Shown: positions 6,896 to 13,302 of the stretch, in pieces | How the letters are laid out: each line of letters starts with the position of its first letter | Position numbering within the stretch: position 1 is the stretch's first letter | Source: Candidatus Methylomirabilota bacterium | Lineage (GTDB): Bacteria > Methylomirabilota > Methylomirabilia > Rokubacteriales > CSP1-6 | Direction: 5' to 3' | NCBI GenBank assembly: GCA_046726415.1 | Contig: JBKPAK010000279.1 | Span: forward strand, 1-13,302 | Length of the DNA: 13,302 nt | The notes under the pieces: model-generated | The model's database searches: none | What the model was told of the DNA's origin: nothing | What the model saw: the letters and a program-made list of their open reading frames with translations, nothing else | Made by a program: the position numbers and the translations under genes

Positions 6896-7774
6896 TCAGA
6901 CCCGGCCGACCGGCGCCGCGGCGTGGTCTAGCACCTCCACCAGCGGCCCGTACAGGTCCGGCCGGCGGTCGCGATAGTACCCCAACAGCGCGCGCAGCTA
7001 GGGGATGAGCGACAGGTCCACGTCGGCCATTGCGATGGCCTCCTGCGTCGCGCTGGCCTCGGCCATGATCTCGCCGCGCGGGTTGGCGATGAGGCTCGCC
7101 CCGTGATGGTCGCGCGCCGAGCCACCGACGTCGACACCCACCTTGTTGACGCCACAGACGTAGTAGATGTTGGCGATGGCGTGGGCGCGCAGCTCGAGGT
7201 CCCAGAGGTAGCGCGTCATTCGCGTGGTGTTGGTGGGGACGAACACGATCTCGGCCCCGCCCAGCCCCAGCACGCGCGCCGCCTCCGGGAAGTGGCGGTC
7301 GTAGCAGATGAGGATGCCGATGCGCGCGAACGGCGTCTCGAAGGTCGGAAAGCCGAGATCGCCCGGCGCGAAAAAGAACTTCTCGTCGCCGCGCGGCTCG
7401 CTGCTGCGCGCCCGGTCCATGAACGGGATACTCGACTTCCGGTACTTGCCGATGAGGCGCCCGTCGGGCCCGACTATCGCCGCCGCGTTGTAGTAAGTCC
7501 CGCCGGCCCGCTCGAAGATCGGGCAGATCAGCACGGTGCCCGTCTCGAGCGCCACCTGGCCCATCCGCTCGATCGTCGGCCCCGGGATGGGCTCCGCCCA
7601 GTCGAAGTATTCCCGCCGGGTCTCGACGCAGAAGTACATGGTGCTGAACAGCTCGGGCAGGCAGATGATCTGCGCCCCGCGGCCCGCCGCGTCCCGCACC
7701 AGGCGGATGGCCGTCTGGACGTTGACCTCTTTATCGACGTGCCCCGAGAACTGGATGCCGGCGATCTTCACCAT
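6896..7774 (-). pseudogene. Carbon-nitrogen hydrolase (beta-ureidopropionase / N-carbamoyl amidase-like) with premature TAG at 7000-6998
   Basis: Catalytic triad E41 (LPELF), K113 (YRK), C157 (ICYDRHFPE) and GGAGG RBS. The ORF stops at 258 aa, but the conserved tail YYRDRRPDLYGPL continues in frame after the TAG to TGA at 6898-6896. Confidence 0.85.
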
Positions 7775-7805
7775 GATGGCTGCCTCCGCTCCCCGCCAGT
7801 GTCCG

Positions 7806-8816
7806 TCATCGGAACGCGGGCGCGACCTTCGTCGCCCAGTCCCGCAGGAAACGCTCCTTGTCGTCGAAGTGCACGCTCATCCAGAACTGCCGGGCCCCGG
7901 CCTCCGCGGCGGCCTCGAGCTTCTTGACGCAGTCGGCCGGCGTGCCGACGGCCGCGAACCGGTCGGCCAGGTAGTCGACCAGCCCCAGCTCCTCGATCAG
8001 CCGACCGTTGGCGCTGCCGGGTAGGGTGTGGCTGCTGAACGAGTAGCGCTGCCCGAGGACCGTCACCTTCTCCAGCAGGTCGGGCGGGATGTGCTTGCCC
8101 TCGGTCGTGAAGCGGCTCAGGTGGTTGCCGGCGACGGCCAGCGACATCTTGATCTCATCGACCGCCTCGCGGTAGCTGCTGGCCACGTTGACATCGGGCC
8201 ACCACCACATGTCGATGGCCTCGGGATCGCGCCCGGCCTCTTGCGCTCCCGTGCGCACCTGGCCGATCGAGTCTCGGACGATCTCGGGCAGGAGGCCGGT
8301 CCGGATCACCACCCCGTCCGCGATCTGCCCAGCCAGGCGGAGCGTCTTCGGCCCCGACGCGGCGAGGTAGATCGGCACCCGTGCCCGCTTCCAGGTGAAC
8401 GTGGCCTTCGCCCCGTGATAGGTCGCGTGGCCCTCCGCGAGGAGCGTGCGAATGGTCTCCGTGTACTCGCGCAGCTCGGCGAGCGGCGCCCCTCGCAACC
8501 CGATGTTGTAGGCGGCGCTGTCGCCGCTGCCGATGCCGACCAGCGTACGGCCCGGCGCCAGCTCTTCCAAGGTGGCCGCCGCGCATGCGGCCACCGCCGG
8601 GTGCCGCGTGATCGGCGTGATGACCCGCGGCCCGAAGCGGATGCGCTCGGTGTTCACCGCGCACAGCGCGAGCGTCATGTAGACGTCGCGGCAGATCGAC
8701 TGCGAATCGGAGATGCCCAGGAGCTCGTAGCCGAGGTCCTCGACGAGCCGGGCCCAGCGGACGACTTCGGCGGCCGGGCTCGTTGGCATGTAATTGATGC
8801 CGAAGCGCACGCGCAT
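7806..8816 (-). CDS. LLM-class (luciferase-like) flavin- or F420-dependent oxidoreductase, Mer-like
   Basis: EDLGYE..GISDSQ, TERIRFGPRVITPITRHP, GRTLVGIGSGD, PIYLAASGPKTLRLAGQIADGV, VGTPADC; 336 aa. Confidence 0.9.
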   Translation of the reverse strand: MRVRFGINYMPTSPAAEVVRWARLVEDLGYELLGISDSQSICRDVYMTLALCAVNTERIRFGPRVITPITRHPAVAACAAATLEELAPGRTLVGIGSGDSAAYNIGLRGAPLAELREYTETIRTLLAEGHATYHGAKATFTWKRARVPIYLAASGPKTLRLAGQIADGVVIRTGLLPEIVRDSIGQVRTGAQEAGRDPEAIDMWWWPDVNVASSYREAVDEIKMSLAVAGNHLSRFTTEGKHIPPDLLEKVTVLGQRYSFSSHTLPGSANGRLIEELGLVDYLADRFAAVGTPADCVKKLEAAAEAGARQFWMSVHFDDKERFLRDWATKVAPAFR

Positions 8817-8825
8817 GTGTTCCCC

Positions 8826-10256
8826 TCAGGCGGCCGCGGCGTCTCCGCGCGCCAGGTAGCGGCCCCAGCCCGGTGCGCCGACCGTCTGGCGGTCCTCGAC
8901 CATGATCCGGCCGCGGACGATGGCCGTCCGCACGAGGCCGCGGAGCTTGTGGCCACGGTAGACGCTCACCTCGCACAGGCAATGGTAAAACGCGTCGTCT
9001 ACCGTCGCCTCGAGCTCGGGGTCGACGATGACCACGTCGGCGTCGGAGCCCGGAGCGAGCACCCCCTTGCGGGGATAGAGTCCGAACACGCGGGCGGTGT
9101 TCTCCGCGCCTACCCGCACCAGGTCCTCCATCGACAGCCGTCCGCGGCCGACGCCGTACGTCATGAGCACGGGCAGGAAGTGCTCGAGGCCGCCGCGGTT
9201 GCCGGAGCGCGCGCCCCAGATGTTCTGGTGCTTGCCGCCACCCTTTTCTTTCATGGCCCGGGTGCGGCCGCCGGTGCCATGGTCCGAACCGAGGCAGGTG
9301 ACGCCGCCGTCGTGGAAGGCTCGCCAGAGCCGCTCGCGATCTCGGCCAGCGCGCAGCGGCGGGTTCACCTTCCCCCAGCAGCCGATCTCCGCCTCCATGT
9401 CGCCGGTGTGGGTCAGATGGTGCGGTGTCACCTCCGACCACACCGGCGCGCCGCGGGCGCGCGCGGCCGCCACGAGGTCGGCGGCCTCGGCGGTGGAGAG
9501 GTGCGCGACGTACAGCGACGCGCCCGCAAACCGGGCTAGCTCGATGGCCGTGGCCACCCGCGTCGACTCGGCGGCGTTGGGGCGGGCGTCGCTCCACGCC
9601 CCGAGGTCGCGCCGACCCGCCGCCTTCACGCGCTCTTCCATGTGGACGATGAGGTCGATGTCCTCGCAGTGCACCACGACCACACCCGGCGCGCCGCGCT
9701 CGGCGCAGAACTGGAGTGACCGGTAGAGCATGCCGGCGTCGGACGGGCCGCCGAGCCAGGACAGCTCCTCGCCCGGCCGCGCCTTGTAGGCGTTGAAGAA
9801 GTGCTTGAAGGACGTCACGCCGAGGCGCCACACCTCCGGCTGCTCGGCGAAGTGCTTCTCGTCGCTCATGATCGCGTGCATGAAGAAATCGACGTGCGAC
9901 CAGCGGTTGCCGTGCTCGATGGTGGCGCGGACGTTGGGCAGGAGCGGCTCGTTGTGCTGCCCGACGAAGTGGCCGAAGGTCGTCACGCCTCCATAGAGCG
10001 CGCCCTCCGTCTCCACAGGCATGTTGGCGCGCAGCCCCTCCGGGATCGACGGATCCTCCTCACTCGCCATGTGCACGTGCGCGTCGATGAGGCCGGGCAG
10101 CACGTAGCGCTCGCCGGCGTCGATCACGCGGTGCGCCGGCGGTAGGCTCGTGTCACCGCCGACCGCCACGATCCGCTCGCCCGCAATGGCCAGGCCGCCA
10201 TGGAAGCGCCCGCGCGGCGTCACCACCGTGCCGTTGCGGATCACGAGATCGACCAT
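8826..10256 (-). CDS. Cyclic amidohydrolase (dihydropyrimidinase/hydantoinase/allantoinase family), 476 aa
   Basis: DLVIRNGTVV, PGLIDAHVH (HxH), TSFK (carboxylated Lys), VHCED, YVAHLS, KVNPPLR, GSDH and GLYPRKG...GSDADVVIVDP. Start reassigned to ATG 10256 with GAGG upstream. Confidence 0.9.
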   Translation of the reverse strand: MVDLVIRNGTVVTPRGRFHGGLAIAGERIVAVGGDTSLPPAHRVIDAGERYVLPGLIDAHVHMASEEDPSIPEGLRANMPVETEGALYGGVTTFGHFVGQHNEPLLPNVRATIEHGNRWSHVDFFMHAIMSDEKHFAEQPEVWRLGVTSFKHFFNAYKARPGEELSWLGGPSDAGMLYRSLQFCAERGAPGVVVVHCEDIDLIVHMEERVKAAGRRDLGAWSDARPNAAESTRVATAIELARFAGASLYVAHLSTAEAADLVAAARARGAPVWSEVTPHHLTHTGDMEAEIGCWGKVNPPLRAGRDRERLWRAFHDGGVTCLGSDHGTGGRTRAMKEKGGGKHQNIWGARSGNRGGLEHFLPVLMTYGVGRGRLSMEDLVRVGAENTARVFGLYPRKGVLAPGSDADVVIVDPELEATVDDAFYHCLCEVSVYRGHKLRGLVRTAIVRGRIMVEDRQTVGAPGWGRYLARGDAAAA

Positions 10257-10261
10257 CGCCC

Positions 10262-10354
10262 TCAATCGAAGGAGGGCCGGTTGCCGGGGGCGCAGAGGCG
10301 CAGCGCGGCGCGGGTGAGGACCGCGTGGGTGAGCCAGTTGGCGATGCCGGCCAT
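10262..10354 (-). CDS. 30-aa small ORF (leader peptide or deletion remnant) at the head of the operon
   Basis: GAAAGGAG lies 5 nt before ATG 10354. Translation is MAGIANWLTHAVLTRAALRLCAPGNRPSFD*, with its stop 5 nt before the amidohydrolase ATG. It sits directly downstream of a good promoter. Confidence 0.5.
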   Translation of the reverse strand: MAGIANWLTHAVLTRAALRLCAPGNRPSFD

Positions 10355-10376
10355 GGGGACTCCTTTCGCCGGGCGG

Positions 10377-10405
10377 ATTGTGGGCACGCCCGGCAGGGAT
10401 GTCAA
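10377..10405 (-). promoter_or_regulatory. Sigma70-type promoter of the amidohydrolase operon
   Basis: TTGACA (10405-10400), 17-nt spacer, CACAAT (10382-10377) on the minus strand. Confidence 0.7.
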
Positions 10406-10518
10406 GGAAGCCCCGGCGCGGCCCCATCGCGTCGGAAGGGCGCTACACTCGTGGCCTCAGTGGCAGCGGCACGACGCGGCCTACCCCACGAGTCAGGAAG
10501 GGGTCAGAGGGAGCAACC

Positions 10519-11937
10519 ATGACCGCGACAACGAGCGTGAAAGTGAACGGGTTGGGGGTGGCGGCGGCCGCGATCCAGGACTTTCGAGCGGGCCTCCGCG
10601 GTGCGCTGCTGCAGCCCGGCGACGACAGCTACGACGCCGCGCGACAGGTCTGGAACGGCGCGATCGACCGCAGGCCGGCCTTAGTCGCCCGCTGTGCCGG
10701 GGCCGCCGACGTGATCCGCGCGGTGAACTTTGCGCGGACCAATACCCTGCTCGTCTCCGTGCGCGGCGGCGGTCACAACGTCACCGGCAATGCCGTCTGC
10801 GACGGCGGGTTGATGATCGACCTGTCGCCGATGAAGGGTATCCGCGTCGATGCCGGGCGACGCACGGTGCAGGCCCAGGCCGGCCTGACCTGGGGGGAGC
10901 TCGACCACGAGACGCAGGCCTTTGGCCTGGCCACGACCGGGGGCCAGATCTCGACGACGGGTATTGCGGGCCTCACGCTCGGAGGCGGCCTGGGCTGGCT
11001 GATGCGCAAGTGTGGCCTCGCCGTCGACAATCTGATCTCGGTGGATCTCGTCACCGCCGATGGCAGATTGCTGACCTGCAGTGCAACTGAGCACGCTGAT
11101 CTCTTTTGGGGCCTGCGGGGCGGCGGGGGGAACTTGGGCCTGGCGACTTCGTTCGAGTACCGACTGCATTCCATCGGACCGCTCGTGACGGGCGGCATCG
11201 CGCTGTATCCGGCCGCGCAGGCCGAAGAGGCCCTGCATGTCTACCGGGAGTACATGGCCGCCGCTTCCGACGACGAGATGGTGGCGCTGGCCTTCCAGTC
11301 GGCGCCGCCGGCTCCGTTTGTCCCGGCGCACCTGCATGGGGCGCCGGTGGTCGCGTTTGCCCTCTGCCACGTCGGGCCACTCGACGAGGGGCGGCGTGCC
11401 GTGGAGCGGCTGCGCGCGTTCGGTCCGCCGGTCGTAGATTTGCTGGGGCCGATGCCCTACACGGCGGTGCAGCAGATGTTCGATGACGGCATGCCGTTCG
11501 GCCGCCACGTCTACTTGCGCTCCGATCACCTGACGGGTCTGAGCGACGAGGTGATCAAGCTCTGCGTGCAGCACGCCGCGGCGGTGACATCACCGCGGTC
11601 GGTGATCGTCATCATCCCGATTGGGGGCGCGGTGGCCCGCGTCGGAGAGCACGAAACCGCGTTCAGCCACCGGGACACGCCGTTTGACATCGACATCTTC
11701 GCGATCTGGACCGATCCCCGAGAGTCGGACCGACACGTCCAGTGGGGGCGCAGCTTCGGTGAGGCCCTGCGACCGTTCTCAAAGGGGGTGTACGTGAACG
11801 AGATGGGGATTGAGGGAGAGGACCGCATCCGCGCGGCCTACAACGCCGCGAACTACGCGCGGCTGGTGGAGCTGAAGAACATGTACGATCCGACCAACTT
11901 CTGGCGCCTGAACCAGAATATCAAGCCGACCGTGTGA
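10519..11937 (+). CDS. FAD-linked oxidase, VAO/BBE family (FAD_binding_4 + BBE; 6-hydroxy-D-nicotine oxidase-like), 472 aa
   Basis: YDAARQVWNG, VRGGGHN (His for covalent FAD), TGIAGLTLGGGLG, DLFWGLRGGGGN and C-terminal YARLVELKNMYDPTNFWRLNQNI. Start ATG 10519 with AGAGGGAG RBS. Confidence 0.92.
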   Translation: MTATTSVKVNGLGVAAAAIQDFRAGLRGALLQPGDDSYDAARQVWNGAIDRRPALVARCAGAADVIRAVNFARTNTLLVSVRGGGHNVTGNAVCDGGLMIDLSPMKGIRVDAGRRTVQAQAGLTWGELDHETQAFGLATTGGQISTTGIAGLTLGGGLGWLMRKCGLAVDNLISVDLVTADGRLLTCSATEHADLFWGLRGGGGNLGLATSFEYRLHSIGPLVTGGIALYPAAQAEEALHVYREYMAAASDDEMVALAFQSAPPAPFVPAHLHGAPVVAFALCHVGPLDEGRRAVERLRAFGPPVVDLLGPMPYTAVQQMFDDGMPFGRHVYLRSDHLTGLSDEVIKLCVQHAAAVTSPRSVIVIIPIGGAVARVGEHETAFSHRDTPFDIDIFAIWTDPRESDRHVQWGRSFGEALRPFSKGVYVNEMGIEGEDRIRAAYNAANYARLVELKNMYDPTNFWRLNQNIKPTV

Positions 11938-11984
11938 GCGACCCAGACGCCGCTCGGCGGCAGGCCAACCGTGTGAGCGACCCA
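11922..11984 (+). repeat. Direct repeat, 39-bp period, spanning the stop/start junction
   Basis: CAAGCCGACCGTGTGAGCGACCCA (11922-11945) and CAGGCCAACCGTGTGAGCGACCCA (11961-11984) are 22/24 identical with a 17-bp exact core. Confidence 0.85.
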
Positions 11985-13100
11985 CGCGAGACTCCCCGGC
12001 ACGTCATCGTCTGCGGCGCGGGCGTCATGGGCGCCTCGGTGGCGTACTTTCTCGCCCGCCGCGGCGTTGCCGTCACCGTGGTGGAGCGTTCGGGCGTGGC
12101 CTGCGCCGCGTCGGGCAAGTCGGGGGGATTCCTGGCCCTCGACTGGTGCGACGGCTCACCGCTCGAGGCCCTCGCCCGGGCGAGCTTCGCGCTTCACGCC
12201 GAGCTGGCCCGCCAGCTCACTGCCGACTACGGCTACCGCCGCATGGACACGTTCATGGTCGCTGCCCGCGAGCGCGGACCGGTGCCTGGCGGCCATCGCG
12301 TGACGGCTCCGGCCTGGCTCGACGGCGCGGGCGTCGTGACTGCCGTCCTCGGCTCCACCGCGACCACCGCGCGGGTCCACCCAGCGCGTTTCACCGCGGC
12401 GCTGCTCGGGGCCGCGCAGGCTCGCGGCACCGTTCTGCGCATCGGCGTTGTCGAGAGCGTTGTGCAGCGCGACGGTGTGGCCCGCGGCGTCAGACTCGAC
12501 GGCGAAACGCTCGAGGCCGATGCGGTCGTCCTCGCCATGGGGCCGTGGACGGGGCGGGTCGCCGGGTCTGGTCGGGACGACGCCACGGGACGGCTGCGGC
12601 TCCCGAGGATCAACGGACTCAAAGGCTACAGCGTGACGGTCGCGGCGGCCGGAGTGCCTGCCCACGCGCTCTTCGTCGACTACCGCACGGCCGAGGGCGG
12701 CAATCTAGAGCCGGAGATCTTTCCCCGGCCCGACGGCGAAGTCTACGTGTGTGGGATGGCCGACCCGACGCCGCTCCCCGACTCGCCGGATGCCGTCGAG
12801 GTCAGCGAGACCTCGTGCGCCGTCCTCGCCCGCGCCGCTGGCCGTATCTCCACCGCGCTGGCCGGGGCCGCGATCCTCCGCCGGCAAGCTTGCTATCGGC
12901 CCGTCACCGACGACGGCCTGCCGTTGATCGGGCGCGTTCCAGCGGTGGCCCGCGCCTATGTGGCGACTGGCCACGGCCCCTGGGGCATCCTCAACGCACC
13001 GGCCACCGGGCTCGCCCTGGCGGAACTGATGACTGACGGCGGCTCATCCGTGGATCTCCGCCCTTTCGATCCCGCCCGGCTGCCTGCCGCGCGCCGGTGA
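11934..13100 (+). CDS. FAD-dependent oxidoreductase, DAO family, TDA3-like
   Basis: Rossmann motif VIVCGAGVMG, ACAASGKSGGFLALDWCDGS, ADAVVLAMGPW, QACYRPVTDDGLPLIG, ATGHGPWGILNAPATG. Alternative GTG start at 11973. Confidence 0.88.
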   Translation: MSDPDAARRQANRVSDPRETPRHVIVCGAGVMGASVAYFLARRGVAVTVVERSGVACAASGKSGGFLALDWCDGSPLEALARASFALHAELARQLTADYGYRRMDTFMVAARERGPVPGGHRVTAPAWLDGAGVVTAVLGSTATTARVHPARFTAALLGAAQARGTVLRIGVVESVVQRDGVARGVRLDGETLEADAVVLAMGPWTGRVAGSGRDDATGRLRLPRINGLKGYSVTVAAAGVPAHALFVDYRTAEGGNLEPEIFPRPDGEVYVCGMADPTPLPDSPDAVEVSETSCAVLARAAGRISTALAGAAILRRQACYRPVTDDGLPLIGRVPAVARAYVATGHGPWGILNAPATGLALAELMTDGGSSVDLRPFDPARLPAARR

Positions 13101-13117
13101 CGGCTGCTTGCACTGCG

Positions 13118-13302
13118 ATGGCGACGATCATCGTTCGCAACCTCGACGACGAAGTGGCCGAGCGCCTGCGGGCTCGGCTCCAAGGCGTGTCGGTCGAGCA
13201 GGAGGCCCGGCGTATCCTCGCCGAGGGCACGCGGGGCCAGCCGCGCGGAGATCGCCGCCCGGGCCGCCGGCGGAGCGCGTCGGCGTCGCGATCTGGACCG
13301 GT
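13118..13302 (+). pseudogene. FitA-like ribbon-helix-helix antitoxin, apparently damaged, runs off the window
   Basis: Manual translation MATIIVRNLDDEVAERLRARLQGVSVEQEARRILAEGTR matches the FitA/plasmid-stability RHH pattern. After the GGGG run at 13233-13236, the +1 frame (ASRAEIAARAA) looks more protein-like than the ATG frame. Confidence 0.7.

Noticed and set aside
6719..6931. 70-aa plus ORF overlapping the ABC chimera stop
   Set aside because: No recognisable motif. The opposite strand explains this DNA better as ABC ATPase and permease fragments.
6998..7000. Pyrrolysine or recoded TAG
   Set aside because: The site is not catalytic, no pyl genes are in the window, TAG appears to act as a normal stop for the Uma2 gene, and neighbouring decay favours a nonsense mutation.
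8028..9831. 503-aa plus and 558-aa minus ORFs
   Set aside because: Alternative frames over the LLM and amidohydrolase genes, with low-complexity composition and no motifs.
10257..10518. Long N-terminal extensions in the ORF track (starts 10427 minus, 10378 plus; likewise 6033 and 6123)
   Set aside because: The extensions overlap each other or the promoters. Family homology, and in most cases an RBS, points to 10256, 10519, 5922 and 6189.
11922..11999. Direct repeat as a mini CRISPR array or att site
   Set aside because: Only two copies with a 15-bp gap, lying in coding junction sequence, with no cas or integrase gene nearby.

Overview
GC-rich bacterial window in three parts. (1) 1-5922 is a defence/mobile block. 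The 3' end and right terminus of an IS1380-family element sits inside the last codons of a type I R-M hsdS gene. Next is an AAA_14/HTH/DUF4143 ATPase-nuclease gene behind an AT-rich palindrome, translationally coupled to a 1168-aa HsdR that carries an extra C-terminal AlbA_2 (Schlafen-like) domain with apparently intact catalytic motifs. A convergent Uma2 nuclease gene follows. (2) 6118-10405 is a partly decayed nitrogen-heterocycle catabolic region: a minus-strand operon (30-aa ORF, cyclic amidohydrolase, LLM oxidoreductase, carbamoylase-type nitrilase with a premature amber stop) and two converging, deletion-collapsed NitT/TauT-type ABC transporter remnants. (3) 10519-13302 holds a BBE-type FAD oxidase, a TDA3-like DAO-family oxidoreductase with a duplicated gene junction, and a damaged FitA-like antitoxin. 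The best candidate for an undescribed system is the type I R-M locus with the HsdR-Schlafen fusion plus the inserted ATPase-nuclease. All family assignments come from motif recognition by eye; no database searches were run.
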